Positions 1 through 7,777 of a stretch of 14,602 nt of DNA are shown here, piece by piece. Source of the stretch: Bdellovibrionota bacterium (GTDB lineage Bacteria; Bdellovibrionota_C; UBA2361; JBGSMV01); contig JBGSMV010000055.1 in assembly GCA_041739995.1 (NCBI GenBank), forward strand, positions 1 through 14,602. The letters are read 5' to 3'. Positions within the stretch are counted from its first letter, which is position 1; every line of letters starts with the position of its first letter. The position numbers and the translations under genes were made by a program. Below the pieces are notes generated by a model. It made no database searches. It saw only the letters and a list, made by a program, of their open reading frames with translations, and was not told where the DNA came from.

Positions 1-42
1 GGAAGCAACTTCGCTCCCAGTTAAGACAGGTGCTTAAGCATG

Positions 43-108
43 CTTCGGTAACATCCAATTACGAGGCTTCAGATCAAGGCTCCTTCGGTAACACCTAATT
101 GTGAGGCT
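43..108. repeat. Imperfect direct repeat, two 26-bp copies at 40-bp period
   Basis: 43-68 cttcggtaacatccaattacgaggct vs 83-108 cttcggtaacacctaattgtgaggct: 22/26 identical by manual alignment. Confidence 0.7.
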
Positions 109-149
109 CTCCGAACCTCGGTCCAGAGACATGGAACCAACGTGTCCGG

Positions 150-470
150 ATGATTGACCTACGAGGGCCCAGGGCTTGTCGCTATGTGTGCTTTCCTGTC
201 GTTAGTCCAAGTGAGGCTCAGCAGTTTATAGACTCAGAATCGAGAGAAACAGTGCGTATTGTCATCTATGATGCTCTAAAGTGGCTCTATCCAGGAGGTA
301 GAGCTGCTCTTATGAGAACAGTCGAGGAGGATATTCTGGGAGGACGTTACGCACCCTCATCATCGGAGAGCATGCTCTCGTTGTTTGAGGTCCACACTTA
401 CATGACGAGATTACCCAGCGAATCGAAGGAATCCGACACGCTTTCGCTTGGTAGGATAAACGAGTGGTGA
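150..470 (+). CDS. Hypothetical protein (106 aa) or gene remnant
   Basis: ORF co-oriented with the downstream GT2, with no recognisable motif. An in-frame TAA at 96-98 shows it is not simply the tail of a gene entering from the window edge. Confidence 0.3.
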   Translation: MIDLRGPRACRYVCFPVVSPSEAQQFIDSESRETVRIVIYDALKWLYPGGRAALMRTVEEDILGGRYAPSSSESMLSLFEVHTYMTRLPSESKESDTLSLGRINEW

Positions 471-563
471 CCTTTGCCTTTCCGGCTGTTGGCTAGTATT
501 TACAGAGTGTATCGCAACTCTTTTCGCATGACCTTTTGACTCACTCGTTTTGATCGGTGGGAC

Positions 564-1247
564 ATGATATTCTCGGTAGTTATTCCCACATATAACGAAG
601 CCGCCATGATCGAGGGATCGCTCGCCACACTTGTGAGGCATCTCGATGCCTCGCGGGTCGAGTTCGAGCTACTGATAGCTGATAACGGGTCGTTTGACGA
701 AACGGTCAAAATCGCGAGAGATTTTGCTGCGCGAGATTCGAGAATTCAGGTGATCGCCCTTCGGAGCCGTGGTCCCGGGCGAGCGTTTGTGGAGGCTGTG
801 AGAGCCGCAAAGGGCGATTGGATTGTCACACAGGATGCGGATCTCTCCTCAGAACTTACTTTTCTCGACTATGTGCTTAAGCTTAGTCCCCTGGTGGATG
901 CAGTTATCGGGTCGAAAACTTTTGGGCAGCAGAGGAGGAAATTGCATAGAGTTCTTGCAAGTCAGCTCTATGTGACCTTCGCCCAGCTTCTCCTCGACAT
1001 TCCTCAATCGGACTTTTCGATGGGATGCAAGGCTTTTAAGAGAGAGTTAATTTTTCCATATTTGGATTCGCTTGATCCTTGGACTGGATTCATCATCGAG
1101 CTATCTTACTTGCTGTCTCGAGATCGACGAAAGATAGTGCAAGTAGGGATAGATTGTAACGATACACGACAAAGCCGTTTCAATCTGTTGCATGAAGGCA
1201 TCTTTCGTTTGGGACATCTGTGGCGACTTCGGCGGCAGCTGAGGTAG
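564..1247 (+). CDS. Family 2 glycosyltransferase, DPM1/polyprenol-phosphate sugar synthase-like
   Basis: N-terminal SVVIPTYNEA, IADNGSFDET, GPGRA, DxD motif QDADLS, VIGSK, and DFSMGCKAF (D..xG.K.F of DPM1/ALG5-like enzymes). 227 aa with no C-terminal TM pair. Confidence 0.92.
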   Translation: MIFSVVIPTYNEAAMIEGSLATLVRHLDASRVEFELLIADNGSFDETVKIARDFAARDSRIQVIALRSRGPGRAFVEAVRAAKGDWIVTQDADLSSELTFLDYVLKLSPLVDAVIGSKTFGQQRRKLHRVLASQLYVTFAQLLLDIPQSDFSMGCKAFKRELIFPYLDSLDPWTGFIIELSYLLSRDRRKIVQVGIDCNDTRQSRFNLLHEGIFRLGHLWRLRRQLR

Positions 1248-1255
1248 GGGACGGA

Positions 1256-3478
1256 CTAAGGGGGTAGAACGCGTACGGACTTAGTAAGGAGCGACGCACC
1301 ACTCTTAGGGTCGAGCAGCTCCAAGAGGAACTCGCCAGGTTCAGTCGGAGTCGGAATGAATAATTCAACTTTCGCATCTCGGGGAGTCAGTAGGAATTTT
1401 GCCTCGAGCCTCACATTTGATTGTAACACGAGGCGGTTGGACGTTCTCGACATCCAGCGGGCGATGACCGAAGAGTTTTCTTCCGGATATCGAGAGAGTC
1501 GCCCCTCGGCTTCCTGTATCGCAAAATCCAACGCACTATGGGTCCTTGATTCTGCGGTCACTGTATCAGGAAAAATTAGGCGCGTGTTTTTGGCGTAGTC
1601 AGCTAGTTTGAACATTCTCCCCGGAGTTGGATCGGCAACTTCAAACACCAACGTCTGGGGCTTCTCGAATGCACGGATAAAGTGAAGGTTATGTGAGGTG
1701 AGAATTTCGTTCGTCTGCCAATAGGCTGAATCTCCGAGAGCACCATTCCAGCGATACGGATGTAGGACGACGAAGCGCACGCCGAGCTGACGTACGAGTC
1801 TCACCGAGGCATCCGACGGAAAGTGCTGCATTTGCTCCATAAACCATCCGGTAAACTGAGGAAGGTAGCTGGAGTATCCGCCAACTGTGGGTTGCCCATG
1901 GTTCCAAAGGGCTCGATACATGGTGTCCATGTCAACAGGCTCTCGTGGGAGCTCCAATATAGGCGACGGATGCGAAGCGTTGCGCAGCCATTCGTCGAGC
2001 TGCTCGTGCTCGTCGAGGATTCGCAGCCGGCTTAACGAAAAAGGTGGCGAATAGTGTTCAAGCGCGCCGAGGCACAGGAATGCGAGACCAAGAGTGGCCT
2101 TGAGGCTGGCACTACGGAAGCGGCTCAGGAACTTACCAACCCCGAATCCCGCCAGGGTGGCAAGAGCAACTGAAAAGATAATATAGATCCGCGAAGGGTT
2201 TCGCACTCCTGCGAAGCCCGGAACATACTCAAAGAAGAGCTGATAGGGACTCCATGCGACAGTGACGGTGTGCAAGTGGATAATCGGACCAAACGTGAGC
2301 ACAAAGAAAATAGGCGTAAGGGCGACAAAAAGAGAATGTTCGTAAGAGTAGGCCGATGAGGATCCTTTCGCGATCGTCCTGCTTCTGAGAGCCATGTAGG
2401 CAAGAGCAATAAAGGAAGCACCACAGATCCATACTCCCTCAGGGTGTCCTAGGCACATTCGAATGAAGCCGATCGAGAAAGTAAGGCTCCCTAACGCAAT
2501 CGAGAAGAATGAGAGATTGCTCCACTTCACGCGCACGCCGCCTGTCAAAACTCCAAAAACGGCAAAGAGTAGAGTGCTTATGCCTGGGAAGAGCCATGCC
2601 CCGGCAGTCTTGGACGGATTGTTTGGCTGCAGGGTATCCCCATAGATCGGGTTACCCTGAATCCCCAGGCCATAGTCGCGTAGGCATGCAGAAAAATAGC
2701 TCGCTTCCAGGGGAGAACGGGGACCGCCCAATTGAGATGCACGCTCAAGGTAGGGTTGGGCGTAAAGGAAGGCTAGGAACGCAACGCACATTCCTGCAAT
2801 TCCTAGTGGGATCATTCGTTTCGCAGACCTCGCATGGTGGCTTAGAAGTGCAAGCACAAGCGTCGAAATGGCGACTGTAATAGCCAAAAATATCCCGTAA
2901 GTCAGACACGAAAGGATTTGGGCGAGGAGCGAAACTGCGAACAGGATACAGTCGGCGAGACGGGCGTATCGTGCAAACCGAAGGAGGAAGAGTAGCGTCA
3001 AAGGGATGAAGATTGCGCAGGTGTAAGGAATCTGGGCGTAGTGACTGATCATGAACGTAGAGAATCCGAACTGGATCCCCGCGAAAAGGGCCGCCCACCA
3101 TGACCGGGTCAGGTAGAACACTAGGAGGTAGGCGGCAAGGGCGGAGAGAACGTAGTTCGCCAGAAATAAAACATTGTAAGGGACGGTTAGCCCTTGGGCT
3201 AAGCTGACGAGCGGGCTGACGAGGATCGAGGGAAGGACAAACGTCTCAGAGTAAGAAAGTGTGTTTTGCAGTGGGAAGAAATAGGGAGCGTTCCAGTAGC
3301 TCAATTGGGGATTCGCGAGCGCCCGAAAGGTCCATCCCACGAGGGTCATGATGTGCAGCGGATCACGTTGGTCTCCGATTACGCCGGACCCGACATTAAA
3401 CGGAGTGATTCCCGTCCTGTGCATTCCGTAGAGCAGGAAGACGCATAAAGCAAGTATCGCAAGTGCACGTGATTTCAT
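1256..3478 (-). CDS. Multi-pass membrane protein, YfhO-like / GT-C superfamily glycosyltransferase
   Basis: 740 aa with many hydrophobic helices. First external loop has GDQRDP and YWNAPYFFPLQNTLSYSE, followed by PGFAGVRNPSR. The C-terminal soluble region has HGQPTVGGYSSY and LGVRFVVLH and ends in a probable Ig-like tail (PTEPGEFLLELLD). Confidence 0.75.
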   Translation of the reverse strand: MKSRALAILALCVFLLYGMHRTGITPFNVGSGVIGDQRDPLHIMTLVGWTFRALANPQLSYWNAPYFFPLQNTLSYSETFVLPSILVSPLVSLAQGLTVPYNVLFLANYVLSALAAYLLVFYLTRSWWAALFAGIQFGFSTFMISHYAQIPYTCAIFIPLTLLFLLRFARYARLADCILFAVSLLAQILSCLTYGIFLAITVAISTLVLALLSHHARSAKRMIPLGIAGMCVAFLAFLYAQPYLERASQLGGPRSPLEASYFSACLRDYGLGIQGNPIYGDTLQPNNPSKTAGAWLFPGISTLLFAVFGVLTGGVRVKWSNLSFFSIALGSLTFSIGFIRMCLGHPEGVWICGASFIALAYMALRSRTIAKGSSSAYSYEHSLFVALTPIFFVLTFGPIIHLHTVTVAWSPYQLFFEYVPGFAGVRNPSRIYIIFSVALATLAGFGVGKFLSRFRSASLKATLGLAFLCLGALEHYSPPFSLSRLRILDEHEQLDEWLRNASHPSPILELPREPVDMDTMYRALWNHGQPTVGGYSSYLPQFTGWFMEQMQHFPSDASVRLVRQLGVRFVVLHPYRWNGALGDSAYWQTNEILTSHNLHFIRAFEKPQTLVFEVADPTPGRMFKLADYAKNTRLIFPDTVTAESRTHSALDFAIQEAEGRLSRYPEENSSVIARWMSRTSNRLVLQSNVRLEAKFLLTPRDAKVELFIPTPTEPGEFLLELLDPKSGASLLTKSVRVLPP

Positions 3479-3486
3479 ACAAATTC

Positions 3487-3492
3487 AGTATA
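3487..3492 (-). promoter_or_regulatory. Putative -10 box (TATACT) for the YfhO-like gene
   Basis: The minus strand reads TATACT-gaatttgt-ATG(3478). No SD and no convincing -35. Confidence 0.35.
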
Positions 3493-3649
3493 GGAGAGGT
3501 CTTGCGAATTCATCACAGCGGGGCTCGAATTACGGTATCTCGTTGCATCGGTTGATGCTGCGTGCATTCTATTCCAGTTGCACTGATCAGAGTAGGGTCA
3601 ACTTATTATTTTAGGCGCTTCGCAGAGTGATGAGAGTGACGGCAGGCAT

Positions 3650-4651
3650 ATGAAAGGATGGGCGAGCAAGTTGATCTTAGGCGTTTTCGGTACGGGAATT
3701 GGATTGCTCGGCGCTGAGGTGCTTATACGAACTCTTGATTCTGCTCCTCAAGTTGGGGTCACATCCTTTGAGCGATATCGACTTTCCCCTAATCCGCGAA
3801 TTGGTTACGAGCCAAGCCCGAATGTGCAGTTAGGCGAGGATCGATCGAATGCCCTTGGTTATCGTGGGCCCGTGTATTCTCAGAAGCCTTCCTCAGGCGT
3901 TTTTAGGATTTTAGTGGTTGGAGATAGCGTGTCGGAGGGCTTGTTGATCCAAAAGTATTCGGATGTATGGCCCGCCGTTGTGGAGAGGGAGCTTCGACGA
4001 GCTGCACTCGTCGCGTCGAGACAGACGCGAGCAGTCGAAGTGTTGAACTTCGGAGTCAACGTTTACAATACGGGACAAGAGGTTGAGACTCTTCGAGACA
4101 AGGGGATGCGGTTTTCTCCTCATCTGATTGTCCTTCAGTATGCCCTAAATGACGATCACAAAGACGACGGTGGAATTGCGAGACAGATCGTCGAGCGGGC
4201 GAAGGATCGGCCCTTCATCGAAAAAGTGTGGGATCACCCAATTCTTCTCCACTCGGGTCTTTACCGATTCCTAAAGTACATAGTTTTGCGGGAATCTTCG
4301 ACGAACAAGTGGACCTTGCACTGGACTGAGATGGAGCGAATAGGCAGCAATCGCGTCGGGGAGTACCTGAAGATTCTTCGAGAAGTGGTACACGGCGTGC
4401 CGGTTGTGGTGGTGATCTTCCCTTGGTTTCAGAAGGGGCTTGGTCCGTACCCATTCCTTGATCGGCATGCTGAGTTAACCGCACTCGCCCGCGCCGAGCA
4501 GTTTGACGTGATTGATCTTTTGCCGACCTTTCAGCGCTGCGCAGCAGAGAAGAAGGAGCCTGTGAATTTAGATCATGTTCATCCCTCGGTGTTTGGGCAT
4601 CTTTGTGCGGGAACGGCGGTTGCCGCAAGGCTTGCTGAGACTCTTCCTTAG
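3650..4651 (+). CDS. SGNH/GDSL hydrolase family protein with N-terminal membrane anchor
   Basis: TM ending GAEVLIR, NALGYRG, block I RILVVGDSVS, block II NFGVNVYNTGQE, block III YALND, block V DHVHP. Confidence 0.92.
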   Translation: MKGWASKLILGVFGTGIGLLGAEVLIRTLDSAPQVGVTSFERYRLSPNPRIGYEPSPNVQLGEDRSNALGYRGPVYSQKPSSGVFRILVVGDSVSEGLLIQKYSDVWPAVVERELRRAALVASRQTRAVEVLNFGVNVYNTGQEVETLRDKGMRFSPHLIVLQYALNDDHKDDGGIARQIVERAKDRPFIEKVWDHPILLHSGLYRFLKYIVLRESSTNKWTLHWTEMERIGSNRVGEYLKILREVVHGVPVVVVIFPWFQKGLGPYPFLDRHAELTALARAEQFDVIDLLPTFQRCAAEKKEPVNLDHVHPSVFGHLCAGTAVAARLAETLP

Positions 4652-4708
4652 GCGATGAGAGGTTAGTAGAGGGCATAAAGCTCAAGCGTAAAGGGGTGAA
4701 GAAGCGAA

Positions 4709-6895
4709 GTGCAGAAGCGAACTACTGTATCGACGATAGATAGCTCCCCCCACATTCGCTTGGGAACGTATCGTAAGGTGGCGAATTTTCCGCTGCTCAC
4801 CTACTTGCTTCTCGCCCTTCTCGCCTTTTTGGGATTCTCCCGACAATGTCTCCGCGACGATAGTCTCGGGCTTGAGTGTCTTGCCTCGGCGACCCCCCTA
4901 ATTGATCGGATGGTTGCAGCCGAGCAGGTGGTACGAGGTTGGATACAGGCGAACTATGTCTCTGCAGGGCTCATCTTTGGGGGTGCGATATTGGTGTTCG
5001 GTGCTGCATCAATTGTTACTCAAAGACGTTTTGATGGCATGCGGCTGCGCTGTTTAGAATTAATCGCAGTGATCCTATGTGTTATAGGACAGGGATGTCT
5101 CTTTGGTCGCGAGCCTGCTCTGGGCTCTGGGCTCCTCGCGGCGGGTTGCAGCCTCCTGCTGCTCTCGTTTTCGCTTGTGAGGGTGGCGTCAACCAAACCT
5201 TACCCGGTCTTCCCGCAGCGCTTTACCTGGACTGAGGGACTCGTCTTATTAGGACTTACCTTTACGATTCTGCTTTCTCGCATGTACGCGCTCAATCAGG
5301 TGCCTTCCGGATGGGATGATGAACTGTGCTTCAGCCGAATCATGAGCGTTAAGCCTACTTGTGCGCTAAGGGCCAACTTCGGGGTGAGTGGCGCTGCTTC
5401 GTCGAACGGTTCATTGTGGGTACTCATGCATGCGGCACTTGCACGGTGGTTTGGTGCCTCTCTTCTATGGGAGCGACTTCTCTCGACTACGATTGGAGTT
5501 ACTGCAGCCGTGACTATGTATTTTTTTGCGCGCTCATTTCTTGGAGTGCTTGGCGGGGTCCTCGCTGCCGGACTGTTCGCGTTCTCGCCACTTGAAGCCG
5601 GCTGGGGACGCTTGCCAACCTTCCATCATCTTCCCGGCCTGTTTGCTATTCTCATCATGTGGTGCACTCTCACAATATTCAGGAGCAGGACCGGCCCCGC
5701 AGTCGCTCTGCTCGCCTCCTTAATTATTCTTTCTGCAGGTCTTTATCCATCCGGGGTGTTGCTTGGGATCGCAGCTCTTAGTGTTCTGCTCATGCACTGG
5801 ATATTTCGGTTTAGCATTTGGCGCGGACATCATGCCAAAATGCTTGTATTGTTCGGTGCCGGAATCGGATGGTTTTTTTCAGACTCTCTCCTAAAGAGCG
5901 CTCTCGTCGGTGAATGGGTTTGGGATTGGCCGGGTCCCGGCCACTACGGTGTGACGTCCCCCGAAATGATCGGGGGACCCAGCACGACAGCCACCTCAAT
6001 GGTGCTGATCTTTAAAGTGTTCGCCGAGCTGAAGAGCTTTTTCGTCCAGCTTTATTGGGACCCCATTCGGCTTTGGTCCCATTGGTCTCCATTGGCCTCT
6101 TTACAGCCCGCAAGCTGGCTCTCATGGGTTTCCCTCTCGTTCCTTCCACTTGGCGTGGTCACACTAGTGAGAAGCTCACGACGGGCGATTCTTTGCCTCT
6201 ACGCTGCCTGGTTTGTTCTAGGATTGCTGCCGGGGATTTTGTCGCAAGTGACGGACCGCCGTATCGGTAGTGTTACGCCGCTTCTTGTCCTGTTGGCGGC
6301 GTTAGCGATCATCCAACTCCTTCCCCCGCTGGATGGGCTCAAGCGCCCAATCATGGCGAGAGTTATGCGCATGACGGTCGGTTTCTTTGTGGTGGCAGGC
6401 GCGCTCTTTTTCCATACTGGCGAGTTCTTCTCGGAGAAAAAGGGCACTCCGTTTATCGAGGGATTGGCACGCGAAATGGGAGCTGATGTGAAGCTCCCAG
6501 TTCTGATCGTGCCATTGTTATCGAGCTCTCACCAATGCCAGCTATTTTATGCCTTGTACGAGCGCAGCACGGCTAATGGGGGCCTGATAGGCTGGAGCGT
6601 ACCAAATATCGAGGATCTGAATTTCCCAACGGCGTCATCGGAACTTTCTGTATCGGAGAACTCCATCTACTACCAGTGCACGAATCTACCTGCCGTCGCC
6701 GCCTTTCGACCTGAACGCGTTCTTTACGTCGGTCGGGGTGAGACGGGAGGGGCTATGGATGCTTACGTTAGAAGGCGGTGGCCGGGAGTGCTGATTGAAG
6801 CAAGGCGTGTGTGTGACCGGCAACCGGAATGCGACTTTTGGATTGCGACAGTCGACCTGGTCGCTTTGCAGCCTGAAGATGTTTCGTTTCGCTAG
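4709..6895 (+). CDS. ArnT/PMT-like GT-C (GT39/GT83-type) membrane glycosyltransferase; start codon uncertain
   Basis: RMYALNQVPSGWDDE acidic first-loop motif, FGASLLWERLLS..G..A...MYFFAR, GVLAAGLFAFSP, a late DRR motif, many TM helices, and a C-terminal soluble domain. Confidence 0.8.
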   Translation: MQKRTTVSTIDSSPHIRLGTYRKVANFPLLTYLLLALLAFLGFSRQCLRDDSLGLECLASATPLIDRMVAAEQVVRGWIQANYVSAGLIFGGAILVFGAASIVTQRRFDGMRLRCLELIAVILCVIGQGCLFGREPALGSGLLAAGCSLLLLSFSLVRVASTKPYPVFPQRFTWTEGLVLLGLTFTILLSRMYALNQVPSGWDDELCFSRIMSVKPTCALRANFGVSGAASSNGSLWVLMHAALARWFGASLLWERLLSTTIGVTAAVTMYFFARSFLGVLGGVLAAGLFAFSPLEAGWGRLPTFHHLPGLFAILIMWCTLTIFRSRTGPAVALLASLIILSAGLYPSGVLLGIAALSVLLMHWIFRFSIWRGHHAKMLVLFGAGIGWFFSDSLLKSALVGEWVWDWPGPGHYGVTSPEMIGGPSTTATSMVLIFKVFAELKSFFVQLYWDPIRLWSHWSPLASLQPASWLSWVSLSFLPLGVVTLVRSSRRAILCLYAAWFVLGLLPGILSQVTDRRIGSVTPLLVLLAALAIIQLLPPLDGLKRPIMARVMRMTVGFFVVAGALFFHTGEFFSEKKGTPFIEGLAREMGADVKLPVLIVPLLSSSHQCQLFYALYERSTANGGLIGWSVPNIEDLNFPTASSELSVSENSIYYQCTNLPAVAAFRPERVLYVGRGETGGAMDAYVRRRWPGVLIEARRVCDRQPECDFWIATVDLVALQPEDVSFR

Positions 6896-6940
6896 GCGAA
6901 CGAAAGTTATTCACCTAAAAGTGGGGAGTCCGGTGCCAAG

Positions 6941-6965
6941 CGGATTGATCTTCCCCATCAATCCG
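6941..6965. terminator. Hairpin between convergent genes (possible terminator)
   Basis: CGGATTGAT-cttcccc-ATCAATCCG, a perfect 9-bp stem 45 bp after the ArnT-like stop. No clear U tract. Confidence 0.45.
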
Positions 6966-7249
6966 GACGGAGGCCCCGTGTACAGGCGGGCGTGTTCAAA
7001 TTTGAGGCAGAAGTTGACGTCGAAATTGGACGCCCCTGCTCGTCAAATCGGCGTTGGCGACTTAGCCTAAGGGCGACGTCTCGCGATGCGTGCGTATGGT
7101 CTGCACCATGGACCTTTCGTCGAGTGCTCCTCATCGAGTTGTGCTGGTTGAGATAGTAGCGATCGCCACTTAACTCCGTAAAATAACATCGACCAAAAGG
7201 CGAAGAGGAGCACCTATGACGGGAGAAGAACAGCGCGCAATGGTTCGGG

Positions 7250-7675
7250 AGGACTCCCTTAATCTCCCTCCCGACCAGAGTGGTCCGCGCTTCCCGTCGC
7301 ATCGCTTCGGAAGAAGGGCGGCTCTTCGGTCGCAAATGCCACTAGAGTAACCGGAGCTCCGAGCTGTGCAGTGGCGAGCATTCGCCCTAATTCAATTAAT
7401 CCTGCCACTCCGCTGGCATTATCGTCCGCGCCGGGAGGTTCTTCAAAAACATCGTAGTGAGCTCCGACGATGATAGTGCCTCTCTCGTCAGCGGAGGGCT
7501 CTGGCCCATACTTAGCGATCACGTTCTAAAATGCTGCTTCCCTAGCGTTAAACTCCTGAAAGGAAACTCGCTCATTCAATTGAAATGTGGGCCTCGCAAG
7601 CGCCATCCACATCATGCCGCCAAGAAGCAACACACAGATACTAAACCGCTTAAGTAGACCTCTAAAGTTCACCAT
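7250..7675 (-). pseudogene. M28 family metallopeptidase pseudogene
   Basis: ATG 7675 reads MVNFRGLLKRFSICVLLLGGMMWMALARPTFQLNERVSFQEFNAREAAF, then in-frame TAG (7528-7526), then NVIAKYGP..IIVGAHYD..PGADDNASGVAGLIEL..VAFATEEPPFF..GS, with a stop at 7259. The C-terminal half is absent. Confidence 0.88.
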
Positions 7676-7722
7676 ACGGATCCACCACCCAACCGGAGAG
7701 CCTTTTGAAAAACGCTACTCAC

Positions 7723-7752
7723 TAGTCACTCGACCAGGCGCTCGAATGACTA
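7723..7752 (-). terminator. Hairpin downstream of the DUF2339-like gene
   Basis: The minus strand reads TAGTCATTCGA-gcgcctgg-TCGAGTGACTA (11 bp with one G-U that pairs only on the minus strand). TTTTT follows about 10 nt later. Confidence 0.45.
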
Positions 7753-7777
7753 CAGCTCACTTGGGATTTAGGCCACA

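Noticed and set aside
43..108. CRISPR array
   Set aside because: Only two imperfect copies with a 14-bp spacer and no cas genes.
6958..7335. 125-aa minus-strand ORF as an independent gene
   Set aside because: It overlaps the M28 remnant and has no motif. Only the short GREIKGVL stretch may be a frameshifted M28 continuation.
7526..7528. In-frame TAG in the M28 gene as pyrrolysine, read-through or an alternative genetic code
   Set aside because: TAG terminates several intact genes here (1247, 1256, 4651, 6895, 14002), and the gene has other lesions, so it is simply a pseudogene.
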